Shown here piece by piece: positions 55,390-64,000 of a stretch of DNA of 64,000 bases. Positions within the stretch are counted from its first letter, which is position 1; every line of letters starts with the position of its first letter. This DNA is from a virus: positions 4,016 through 68,015 of the IMG/VR virus record IMGVR_UViG_3300034069_000907. One strand, 5' to 3'. The notes beneath the pieces are model-generated. The model was not told the origin of the DNA. It ran no database searches and saw only the letters and a list, made by a program, of their open reading frames with translations. The position numbers were made by a program, and so were the translations under genes.

Positions 55390-55592
55390 TTTTCGCAGCC
55401 CAACACCCTGAGGCCTTCCTCGCCCTGCGCGAGACCCTCGAGGCTGGCGGATCCTTCAGCCCGCAGCCTCCGCCGGCAACGCCGCCACTACCTCCGGAGC
55501 GCCGCCGGCCCATCCTCAGCGTCGTCACCTCGCCGGCGCCCACGTCCAGCACCACCAAGCTCCTGCAAAGCACGAAGGCCGATCAAGGCTGA
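55185..55592 (+). CDS. hypothetical protein (135 aa, start uncertain)
   Basis: TGATG coupling to the methyltransferase gene; Pro-rich tail. Confidence 0.5.
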   Translation: MQRCDCPFTASAYALEIVRRRCESLTASTLEFVADLERECVETHKAAAAIVGEFRGVDPDLQWASDFLIFAAQHPEAFLALRETLEAGGSFSPQPPPATPPLPPERRRPILSVVTSPAPTSSTTKLLQSTKADQG

Positions 55593-56167
55593 TGCCCAAG
55601 CACCGCGAAAACACCATGCATGCTCACAGCGAGCGTGGTCACGACCTGTATGAGACGCCCGGCGTAGCGGTGCATGCGCTGTTGGAAATTGAGTGGCTTC
55701 CGCATCGAGTCTGGGAACCGGCATGTGGACCGGGCTCAATTGTCGGCGAGCTCAGGGCTGCGGGACACGATGTGATCGCCTCCGACCTGATCGATTACGG
55801 ATGCCCGGGGCAATCGAGTGGTGCCGACTTCCTGAAGGCGACCGCGGCACCGGAAGGCGTCGATACGATTGTGACGAACCCGCCCTTCAAGCACGCCACC
55901 GCGTTCGCCCTCCATGCTTTATCGCTCTGCCCTCGCGTCATCATGCTCCTGCGGCTCGGCTTCATTGCCGGGACGGGGCGCACCCCACTTCTTGAGGGTG
56001 GATGTCTCGCTCGGATGCATGTCTTCCGGAACAGGCTACCCATGATGCACCGAGACGGATGGACCGGGCCCAAGACCTCCAGCCAGACGGAATTTGCCTG
56101 GTTTGTTTTCGACCAATCACATTTCGGCCCGACGATCGTAAATCGCATTTCCTGGAAATCGAAGTAA
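55592..56167 (+). CDS. orphan DNA amino-methyltransferase (m6A/m4C)
   Basis: HDLYETP, VWEPACGPG (motif I), IVTNPPF (motif IV). Confidence 0.85.
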   Translation: MPKHRENTMHAHSERGHDLYETPGVAVHALLEIEWLPHRVWEPACGPGSIVGELRAAGHDVIASDLIDYGCPGQSSGADFLKATAAPEGVDTIVTNPPFKHATAFALHALSLCPRVIMLLRLGFIAGTGRTPLLEGGCLARMHVFRNRLPMMHRDGWTGPKTSSQTEFAWFVFDQSHFGPTIVNRISWKSK

Positions 56168-57996
56168 TGTCCGGTGCGACCGTTAAACTCGAAGGCGTCA
56201 AGAACCCATTCGCCGAGCTTCTTCCGCATTGCTTCGACGTCGAGCAGGAATTGCTTGGCGTTCTCATCGTCCGAAACGACCTCTTTATGGACGTGTCGCA
56301 GATCATCACCAGCGACCACTTCGCGGAGGAGATCCATAAGACGCTGTTCTCCGCGATCGGAATGATGGTGGCCTCCGACCGGATCGCCACACCCTCGACG
56401 CTCAAGCCCTACGTTGGCGAGGCGGACATCGGTAAGGGTCTCACCCCGCATTCGTACCTGGTGCAGTTGGCGGCCGGCGCGTGCACCCCAGCGAACGCCC
56501 TTGGCTACGCAAAGCAGGTGCGCGACTTCGCGGCACGGCGCTACTTCATCCAATCGTGCGCCAAGGCCATGACGGAGGCTTGGGAGCCGCGAACCGACAT
56601 CACCGTGAACGATCTCCTGCGCATGCACGAGGATCGTGTGGAGCTCGTGCGCCCGAAGATCCATGGCGTGAAGAAGGGCTATCGCTCGATGCGAGAGGTA
56701 GCGAAGAGCACGGCGCAGCGGATCCAGGACGAGTCGAACGGCGACGTCCGGCGCGTCACGCTCACCACCGGGTACCGGAAGCTTGATGCGAAGCTCGGGG
56801 GCCTCGAGGCGCCGAACCTCTGCATCATCGCCGGCCGGCCCGCATCCGGTAAGACGGCCCTGGTGACGAACTTCTGCGTCAACGCCGCCATCCAGTTGAA
56901 GGAGGAGAAGATCGCCAACCCGGACTCAAACCCCGGCGTTGTCGGCATCGTCTCGCTCGAGATGGATGAGAACCAACTCGGCGAGCGCATCATCTCAGAC
57001 CTCGCGCAGGTGTCAGGCACGCGCATCAAGCGGCGCAGCCTCGAGGACGCGCACCTCAAGAAGATCTGGCAGAGCGCCTACGATATGGCGGATCTGCCCA
57101 TCTTCGTGGACGACACCGGCGGCCAGAGCATCGCTCAGGTGCTCGCCCGGGCGCGGACTCTGCACCGGAAATACCGGCTGCGGCTCCTGGCGATCGACTA
57201 CCTGCAACTAATCAAGGGATTCCGCTCCAGGAGCAACGAGTCCCGCAGGCACGAGGAGATCGGCGAGATCACCGCCGCCCTTAAGGAGCTCGCCAAGGAG
57301 CTCGGGATCCCCGTGCTGCTGCTGTCCCAGGTCGGGCGCCAGGTGGACGCTCGCGAGAACAAGCGCCCCAACGATTCCGACCTCAAGGAGTCGGGCTCGA
57401 TCGAGCAAGACGCCGACGTGATCCTGTTCGTCTATCGAGAGGAGGCCTACGTCATCAAGGATAAGCCGCTCCCGGGGACGGAAGAATTCGCGGCGTGGGA
57501 GCGGCGCTTCGAAAAGGTGAAAGGCATCGCCGAGATCATCGTCGCCAAGAACCGGTTCGGCGGCGTCGACACGATCGTGATGGGCTACGACGGGCCGCAT
57601 ACGACCTTCCTCGAGGATCCACCGTCGAAACCGATCGATGGTGAAGAGGTGCGCCAGCGCGAGGCGAAGCAGAAGGATGAGAAGCTCCCGGTCAAATCGG
57701 CCATCCTCTTAGAGCTCGTGAAAGGCCTCCTGCTGCATCACGGCCGCCAGCCTACGGAGGAGGAGAAGGAACGGCAGGCCCTGAACGGGCGCCCCCTCCC
57801 AAAGCAATTGCGGATCATCAGCCGCGATATGGTGTTCAAGAATTGGCACGCGGATCGAGCCGCGGGGCAAACGGAAAAGGAAGCACAGCGCGAATATCAA
57901 TCCGCGATGGATGTGCTCCGAGAACGGAAACTGACGGCGAGCTTCGGCTCGAAAGAGGATGGCGTGTTCATCTGGCTTCCCCAAACGACAGGGTAA
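56167..57996 (+). CDS. dnaB: replicative DNA helicase DnaB with C-terminal extension
   Basis: TAATG coupling; EQELLG, GRPASGKT, SLEM, IDYLQL, LLSQVGR, DLKESGSIEQDADVI, AKNRFG. Confidence 0.93.
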   Translation: MSGATVKLEGVKNPFAELLPHCFDVEQELLGVLIVRNDLFMDVSQIITSDHFAEEIHKTLFSAIGMMVASDRIATPSTLKPYVGEADIGKGLTPHSYLVQLAAGACTPANALGYAKQVRDFAARRYFIQSCAKAMTEAWEPRTDITVNDLLRMHEDRVELVRPKIHGVKKGYRSMREVAKSTAQRIQDESNGDVRRVTLTTGYRKLDAKLGGLEAPNLCIIAGRPASGKTALVTNFCVNAAIQLKEEKIANPDSNPGVVGIVSLEMDENQLGERIISDLAQVSGTRIKRRSLEDAHLKKIWQSAYDMADLPIFVDDTGGQSIAQVLARARTLHRKYRLRLLAIDYLQLIKGFRSRSNESRRHEEIGEITAALKELAKELGIPVLLLSQVGRQVDARENKRPNDSDLKESGSIEQDADVILFVYREEAYVIKDKPLPGTEEFAAWERRFEKVKGIAEIIVAKNRFGGVDTIVMGYDGPHTTFLEDPPSKPIDGEEVRQREAKQKDEKLPVKSAILLELVKGLLLHHGRQPTEEEKERQALNGRPLPKQLRIISRDMVFKNWHADRAAGQTEKEAQREYQSAMDVLRERKLTASFGSKEDGVFIWLPQTTG

Positions 57997-58002
57997 TGCG
58001 TT

Positions 58003-59169
58003 GTGACCAAGCGGACGCCGGAAGAGAGACGCGCACAGCATGTGCAGCGGCGGGATAAGGCGGAGGCGTCGGGCAAGGTCTACCGCGCCAAGGAGGAGGC
58101 CTACCGGGCCGGCGGGAAGATCGACAAGGCGGACAAGGCCGGCGCCACGGCCCGCGACTTCGAGCTCAACGCCGCCACACACCGCCGGGCGATCGAGGAT
58201 CTCGACGCTGACGCGCCCCGCCAGCACCGGCTTCGCGAAGAGGCGGCCCGAGTCGCGGCCGTGAAGCAATCGGACCTCGCGAAAGCGCAGGCCGCGGCTG
58301 AACAGGCGGCCCTGGATCGTATCCGGAACGATCCCCTCAAGGTCTACATGGAAGCGCTCCAGCATGCGGGCGAGCTCGACGTGGAAGCGGAGGGCCTGCG
58401 CCTGAAGCGAGACGGCTACTCGCGCGCCGGGTCGCATGTGAAGGCATGGCGAGCAGAGGGCCGCGCACAGAAGCTCGAGACATACGCCGCCGAATGGCGC
58501 GAGGCCGCTCAGGAAGCCCAGGAGGCCACGGAACGGGATCTCTCGCGTGAGCGTGCCGTCGCCCTCAAAGCGGCGGAGCGCCAGGCTAAGGCGAGGCAGA
58601 AAGAGACGGCCCGTCTCGCGGATCTCGGCCTTGAGCAGGACACCGCCACGGCCGGCGCTTCCCGTGAGTACGTGGCGGGCGGCGTCCGCAAGGGGCGCAT
58701 CGTCAGCATGGCGGCCTATGAGACCCTGCTGCACCGGCCAGAGGATCGCACCCAACGCCGCCTAGAGGCGATGCACGACTTCGACGCGCTATGCGGCACG
58801 GCCGATGCCGGCCTCATCCCTGAGCCCAAATTCGAGCACGAGAGCGGGAGCGGCAAGGGCCCGGGCGCCCTGGTGATGGAGAAGCGCGCCGCAGGCCTAC
58901 AGGAGCTCGGAGACCTCGAAGAGGCGATCGGCGCCGGCAACGTCGCGATCTTGCGGGCTCGGATCTATGAGCGGCAAAAGATGATCGCCCTGGTGCGTGC
59001 CGGCTTCGGGGACCGCAACACGGTCCCGCACCTATTCCTGGCCGCCCTCGATGCGATGACCGTCTATTTCAAGACGCGCAACGTGATGGCCGCGCGCCTT
59101 GCTGGTATCGGCACGGCTCAGGCCGTACCGGCCTCGCCGCGAGCCCAGGCCTCCGCCGCCCGGCGATAG
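58003..59169 (+). CDS. charged helical protein, candidate late-transcription regulator
   Basis: Last gene of the rightward operon after dnaB; helical C-terminal domain; function inferred from position only. Confidence 0.65.
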   Translation: MTKRTPEERRAQHVQRRDKAEASGKVYRAKEEAYRAGGKIDKADKAGATARDFELNAATHRRAIEDLDADAPRQHRLREEAARVAAVKQSDLAKAQAAAEQAALDRIRNDPLKVYMEALQHAGELDVEAEGLRLKRDGYSRAGSHVKAWRAEGRAQKLETYAAEWREAAQEAQEATERDLSRERAVALKAAERQAKARQKETARLADLGLEQDTATAGASREYVAGGVRKGRIVSMAAYETLLHRPEDRTQRRLEAMHDFDALCGTADAGLIPEPKFEHESGSGKGPGALVMEKRAAGLQELGDLEEAIGAGNVAILRARIYERQKMIALVRAGFGDRNTVPHLFLAALDAMTVYFKTRNVMAARLAGIGTAQAVPASPRAQASAARR

Positions 59170-59510
59170 GCGGCCGTGACGTCGCGTAGGCCGATCACAC
59201 GGCCAACGAAGAGCCACTCGCGCGGGTAGGAAACGCGCCGCTGGCCCGGCTCGTGAACCTCAAGGACTCGCGGCTCATCGTCCGACAGCAGGAGCATGAC
59301 CGTCACAAAGGACGCATCGAGATTCCAGGATCGTTTGCGGCCCATGTAGAAGCCCTCGGGCATAGGGCCGTCAGAGATCGGCACGATCTGGAGCGCGGAG
59401 ATGTCGACCAACTCGGCGGGCATCGTGTTCGCGCGGTGCTTCGGCAAAGGAACGCGCTTGGCGGGAGGATTCACAAGCCGCGCGCTGTGGCCGGCGTCTT
59501 CGAAGATCAT
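59118..59510 (-). CDS. hypothetical protein, SH3/S24-like C-terminus (130 aa)
   Basis: FYMGRKR...LLLSDDEP...YPREWLFVGRVIG; no catalytic Ser/Lys pair recognised. Confidence 0.55.
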   Translation of the reverse strand: MIFEDAGHSARLVNPPAKRVPLPKHRANTMPAELVDISALQIVPISDGPMPEGFYMGRKRSWNLDASFVTVMLLLSDDEPRVLEVHEPGQRRVSYPREWLFVGRVIGLRDVTAAYRRAAEAWARGEAGTA

Positions 59511-59632
59511 AACGTAAACCCTGGGTACGAATCAGAGGGACGCCGCTAATTGCAATTGAACGCACAAAGGCGGCAGGCGGATCAAGCGGAAAGAGAAACA
59601 TATCCCCGAATTAGGAATACGGTCGCAGGCGG

Positions 59633-60244
59633 TCAGTCTCGGATCTCATAAGAGCGCGGGAGCTCCCACTCGCGGGGCGCACCGGCGCCGGGGCCGTCAT
59701 AGGCGCGCCAGGTCTCCCGCTCGGCGGAGTTGAACCGGCGGCACGCACGATCCCGGCCGGGCCCGGGCTTGGCGACGCCACACGCGGCCAAGGCGCGCCA
59801 CTTCGGGGCGACGTGCTGTCCTGAGGCGGCCAGGGCATCGGAAGGCGTGGCGAGCGGCGCCAGGAGCGCCAGGGCCAGGACGGCGAACGGCACGCCGAAC
59901 AGACGCACGGAAAGCCGATTCCACCACGTATCGCGGATAGGGCCGCCAAGGCGCATCGAGACCATGTGCGCCTCATCCTGGCGCGCGCGGATGGTGCGCC
60001 GCTCGGCAGGCGTCAGGAACTCATCGCGCTCCAGCATGTGCAGGGCGCGCACGGCCGCGTCGGCGGCTTCCTTGCCGTAGGTAGAGACCCACGCATCGGC
60101 CCGCGTCTCGATGGCGCGATCCCGGGCCCGGTAGAACTCGACGCCGGCCAGAAGATCCTGAGCGACCGCCTCGATGGCTTCCGCCGCAAGGGCATGGGCG
60201 CAGGCCTGGATGGATGGGTCGGAGTTGATCTTAGGAGCGGCCAT
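59633..60244 (-). CDS. membrane protein with possible BA14K-like C-terminal motif
   Basis: TM LFGVPFAVLALALLAPLA; ACRRFNSAERETWRAYDGP. Confidence 0.6.
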   Translation of the reverse strand: MAAPKINSDPSIQACAHALAAEAIEAVAQDLLAGVEFYRARDRAIETRADAWVSTYGKEAADAAVRALHMLERDEFLTPAERRTIRARQDEAHMVSMRLGGPIRDTWWNRLSVRLFGVPFAVLALALLAPLATPSDALAASGQHVAPKWRALAACGVAKPGPGRDRACRRFNSAERETWRAYDGPGAGAPREWELPRSYEIRD

Positions 60245-60515
60245 GGCGGGCGATCTCTGTCCGGTGGAGGGAAGCGACGGCCCGGAGGCGCTCGACGCCT
60301 CCAGGAAGCGAGGCGAGGCCTAGAAGCTGGGTCAGCCAGAAAGGCGGCTCCAGGCGCTCAGGGTCGCCGATCTCCCGGAACCACCGGGCGACCGTGGGCC
60401 GCCGGGTGCCAGTGAGCTCGGCGAGCTCCGTTGACGTGATGCCGAGCTCCTGGAGCGCCTGATCTAGGGACTCAGGCGGGAGGCGGCGGAACTCGAATTC
60501 GCGGGACATGGGCAT
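60231..60515 (-). CDS. XRE-family HTH protein
   Basis: LDQALQELGITSTELAELTGTRRPTVARW; GAGG SD. Confidence 0.8.
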   Translation of the reverse strand: MPMSREFEFRRLPPESLDQALQELGITSTELAELTGTRRPTVARWFREIGDPERLEPPFWLTQLLGLASLPGGVERLRAVASLHRTEIARHGRS

Positions 60516-60518
60516 TCC

Positions 60519-61871
60519 TCAGACGCTTGGCGCGTGCAGGGTGGCGGGGCTTGGCGGGTTGGAAGCCATGAAGGCGGCGCCGGCATAGATTCGGACGAAG
60601 GCGGAGACGGGAGCGACCGGGACGGCACCGCGGCGCGTGTAGGGCTTGCGGGGCATCCCGGCTAACCGGATTGACCCAACGTCCTGTAGATCCTGCGCAT
60701 CGGCAAGCGTCAGGCGCCAAGCGCCAAACTTTGCCGCGCCGGCCGGGGCCGGGAACGTGCCATCCTGGACCCGGTCGCGGATGGCGTGCCAGGCCTTCTC
60801 CGACAGGCAGTAAGCGACCACGGGGTGCGTCTCGACCGTGGGCATCCATGCTTCGGCCTCAGGAGCTTCCATGATAGCGGGCGCAGCATCCATGATAGAG
60901 ACCGGCGCCGCAGTTATAATTTCCGGAATAATATCCGCCGAAATGGTCGCGGCCTGGACTGGCGCCGGCATGTTCACTTTTGCCGCCTCAGATGAGGGCG
61001 AGAAAATGGACATGGGGCCGGCCTCAATCTCGAATGTGCCCGGGATCTCGAATTCGCTGCACTCGCCATACGCCTCCGATACAGCCAAAGCGCACCATTC
61101 ATGCATCGGCGAAGGTTCCGCCTGGACCGCAACAGGAGCGGCCAGGAGCGCAACAACGGGGGCAATCTGCGCAACGGCCACGGGGGCGGCCTCGCCGCGC
61201 TGGACGGCAAAGGCCTCGCGCATCAAGGCGAGCTCATTCTCACCGGCCGCAACCGAAGCGCGCCAACCTGCGGCCCCGGCCTCGATCTCCCGGATGACCG
61301 TGTCGCGTGCGTGCGACGGGAGCGAAGCAACCCACGGGCTTGCATTAGCGCCGGCGAGATCGGCCAGATGGGGCGCCAGGCCGGATTCACGCCGCGCAAG
61401 CTCCTTCGCCATCCACTCGACGCGCGCGGCCGTCATAGGCCGGCCCTGGACCGTGCCAGGGATCGCCCGGAGATCATCTGTCAGGCGCGAGCACGTCGCG
61501 GCGTCATAGGCCTGCCCAGAGGCCGTCACGATGCGCGAGAACGCCGGCACGGCCACGCGCTCGCCATGCTTGGCCCGATAGAGACCGATAGCGCCACGGC
61601 AGGCGCCGGCCACGCGCGGCGGCTTGTTCTTGCCGCTCACCAGGTTGCAGCGGAACGTCGCCCCATCGGCAAAGGTCACATCGATGGACTCCAGCGTGAA
61701 GGCCTTCGGGATGGCATAGTCGCTCCACCAGACCGGCGCGTCGGAGGCGGCCGCCTTGGCCTTCGGGAGGGCATCGAACAGGGATGTTGCGACCGCCTGC
61801 CAATCGGCGGTGGCGGCGTTCGCCAGGGCCAGCGTGTAGAGGGCGACGGCGGCGTTGCGTGCGTTGGACAT
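60519..61871 (-). CDS. Ala-rich hypothetical protein (450 aa)
   Basis: GGAG SD; long ORF in the leftward block. Confidence 0.75.
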   Translation of the reverse strand: MSNARNAAVALYTLALANAATADWQAVATSLFDALPKAKAAASDAPVWWSDYAIPKAFTLESIDVTFADGATFRCNLVSGKNKPPRVAGACRGAIGLYRAKHGERVAVPAFSRIVTASGQAYDAATCSRLTDDLRAIPGTVQGRPMTAARVEWMAKELARRESGLAPHLADLAGANASPWVASLPSHARDTVIREIEAGAAGWRASVAAGENELALMREAFAVQRGEAAPVAVAQIAPVVALLAAPVAVQAEPSPMHEWCALAVSEAYGECSEFEIPGTFEIEAGPMSIFSPSSEAAKVNMPAPVQAATISADIIPEIITAAPVSIMDAAPAIMEAPEAEAWMPTVETHPVVAYCLSEKAWHAIRDRVQDGTFPAPAGAAKFGAWRLTLADAQDLQDVGSIRLAGMPRKPYTRRGAVPVAPVSAFVRIYAGAAFMASNPPSPATLHAPSV

Positions 61872-61960
61872 GGTCTAGGATCTCCGCCCCATGGTCGGGG
61901 CCGTTGTCCGCAGGATGTTGCGGGAGATCGGTCGGGGCGCGCCCGGCCGACTTGCTCGCA

Positions 61961-62158
61961 TCAACCGTTGAGAAGCACGTCAGAAACAGCGGCGGCCGTG
62001 GCGGGAGAGATCACCCCGCGCCGAACCCACTTGTCGCATTCCTCATCGATGAGGGACTCGCATTCCTCATCGGACTCGCAATCGGTGAGCGCGGACAGGA
62101 GAAGAGCGGACAGGGCGGCGCCGGCTTCAATCTCGGCGAGGGAAGTAGAGGGGAGCAT
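61961..62158 (-). CDS. small acidic protein (65 aa)
   Basis: AAAGGA SD before ATG 62158; DCESDEECESLIDEECD. Confidence 0.6.
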   Translation of the reverse strand: MLPSTSLAEIEAGAALSALLLSALTDCESDEECESLIDEECDKWVRRGVISPATAAAVSDVLLNG

Positions 62159-62257
62159 GGCAGTCCTTTCGCCCCAAGATCGGGGCCGGGTGGAATTTGA
62201 AATTAATTCGAATTGGGGATTTCGCAAGCGGAAAATCTAATTCCCGCCGAAATTAAA

Positions 62258-64000
62258 TCAGGCCGAAATGGCGACGATGAAAGCGGAGACCACGGCCAAG
62301 AGACCGGCGAGGCTCGCTAAGAGGATCACGGGAGTCGGATGCATCGGCTCCAGGGGAACGCGAGGCGTCTCGGCGTCAGGAGCGGTCCAGACAACGGCCG
62401 GGCCGGTCGCGGCCTGGATGCGCTCCAGGATCTCCGAGACGTCCAGGATCTCAGGAGCCGGGCCAGGAGAGGCCGCGCGCATGTCGCGGCCCTGCTGCTG
62501 CTGCGCCTGCTGAGGAACCATGGCGGGCGCATCCTGGCCCTTAACAGCGGCAACTGCGGCTTTTGCCTGATCCCGCCATGAGGCGAACCAATCCACGAAA
62601 TCGGCGCCTGAGATTTCGAGATCCGAATCTGCTGCGTCGTCGGCCGGCTCGAATTGATCGCGCCACGCATCGAGGGCCGTCTCTAGGGCCGCGAGCATGT
62701 CGGGAGCCGCGCCGATCAATGCTCCATTCGCCTCCCGCTCTTCCAGCGAAAGCGGGCTCTCACTTGAAAGGAGATGCGCGCCCGTCGCTTTCTGGAAAGG
62801 CGCAAGCTCGCCGCCCATATTGCGCACCACCTCCCACGGGCCGGCGGTGTGCTGCGCCTGCGGAGCCTCGCACGCATCATGGCAATCGCCATTGTCACCA
62901 ATGCAATTTGGATCGGACTTGGGGCATCCGTCGTCATCCTGGGGCGTCGCGGCGGCATACTCCCATGCGTCCGCCTCAGTCTCGAATTCACCCTCCGCAT
63001 CAGGGTCGCCATGATGCGCGGCCACGTACCAAAGGCCGTCTTGCGCCTCAGTCACGAACCATCCGTTCGCGCGGCCGACAGGTTCCGCAATAGCGATGCG
63101 AGCCGCCTCCATCGGATCGTAAGGGGCCACATGCTCCACCAAGGCGAAGCGGTCCGCCTCGCCAGCCTCCGCCAGCGCCTCCGCCGCTGTCTCGACATAG
63201 AGACGCCATTTGCCGTCCCGCTTCACGCACCGGCCTTCATTGAAGGTCATGTGCAAAAACCAAGGCCAATCCCCCGTGGCGGCCGCCGTCGCATCGAAGC
63301 TCCACCCGATTGCCAGGGCACGGCGGATACATGCCAAGCGGACGTCCGGAGTCGCGTAGGTCAATTCGCCTTCCTCGACATCGCGAGACGATTCGTAAGC
63401 CAAGGCCGGCGCCTCGCTCGCATCCACCGTGCCCGCGTTCGCCTGCTGCTGCTGGACGGGTTGCGGGACCATGGCCGGCGCGTCAGGCACCCACTCTATC
63501 CCGCCGTCTGAATGCTGCACGTATGTCCCGCCCAGCGGCACCACGCCCTGCGCCTGCTGTACCGGCTGCGCCACCATGGCGACAGGAGCCGGCGCAGGAG
63601 CAGCGAACCGGAAAACCCGCTGGCACGACTCGTCATCATGGCGCCGCATCCGGTTGTGCCCCAGGGCTGCGCATTCCTCCGCATGGTAGGCGTTGGCAAG
63701 ATCCGCCGAACCGTAGGCGAAGGGCCCATGGCGGCGCACCACGTCACCCGCCAGCGTGCGGCATTCAACGAACCACGGGCGCGCCTCTGCCTGGACGGAC
63801 GCCGCAGGCTCCACCACGGGGGCGGCCTCAGGCGCCGGGGCTTGGCAGTACGCGGCCACGGCATGCCCAACGGAAGCGTGATCCGTGACGAACCCGATTA
63901 GATGCCAGTGCGAGTGCGCGGCGGCCTCCGCATTGCAGTCCGACCAAAGATAGACCGGCACGCCATTGCGCTTGCCCGTGCGGACATAGCCGAGAATCGG
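62258..64000 (-). CDS. mosaic multidomain protein, 5'-truncated at window edge
   Basis: Frame open from 64000; contains HTAGPW...ANGALIGAAPDMLAAL phage module and three Gln-rich linkers. Confidence 0.75.
   Translation of the reverse strand, partial: PILGYVRTGKRNGVPVYLWSDCNAEAAAHSHWHLIGFVTDHASVGHAVAAYCQAPAPEAAPVVEPAASVQAEARPWFVECRTLAGDVVRRHGPFAYGSADLANAYHAEECAALGHNRMRRHDDESCQRVFRFAAPAPAPVAMVAQPVQQAQGVVPLGGTYVQHSDGGIEWVPDAPAMVPQPVQQQQANAGTVDASEAPALAYESSRDVEEGELTYATPDVRLACIRRALAIGWSFDATAAATGDWPWFLHMTFNEGRCVKRDGKWRLYVETAAEALAEAGEADRFALVEHVAPYDPMEAARIAIAEPVGRANGWFVTEAQDGLWYVAAHHGDPDAEGEFETEADAWEYAAATPQDDDGCPKSDPNCIGDNGDCHDACEAPQAQHTAGPWEVVRNMGGELAPFQKATGAHLLSSESPLSLEEREANGALIGAAPDMLAALETALDAWRDQFEPADDAADSDLEISGADFVDWFASWRDQAKAAVAAVKGQDAPAMVPQQAQQQQGRDMRAASPGPAPEILDVSEILERIQAATGPAVVWTAPDAETPRVPLEPMHPTPVILLASLAGLLAVVSAFIVAISA

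Overview
The whole 64 kb reads as one contiguous, GC-rich temperate tailed-phage (siphovirus) genome, cut at both window edges. An alphaproteobacterial host, possibly Methylobacterium-like, is inferred from the MucR/Ros, GapR-like and PrtN-like genes; it is not proven. Layout: HNH and small ORFs (1-2.3 kb); terminase, HK97-type portal, protease and capsid (2.5-8.6 kb); head-tail connectors; an unusual 7 kb insert between head-closure and tail-terminator genes (fibre-like proteins, an Ig/lectin-like/FAD-oxidoreductase fusion, and two signal-peptide proteins, one a collagen); a long non-contractile tail with lambda-like tip and beta-helix spike (17.5-33.3 kb); a GH19 endolysin and membrane proteins (33.4-36.1 kb); an intact attP-like site carrying the 5' end of dusA between inverted arm-type repeats, beside a tyrosine integrase; a leftward early operon (PrtN-like, NinB-like, DUF4326, Bet); a 1.5 kb switch region with no recognisable CI gene but dense RNA hairpins; a rightward operon (two GapR-like paralogs, DUF5131, RuvC-like, MucR, methyltransferase, DnaB); and a second leftward block of mosaic ORFs. 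No tRNA, rRNA, CRISPR array, IS element or reverse transcriptase was seen. All family assignments come from motif recognition by eye; no database search was run.
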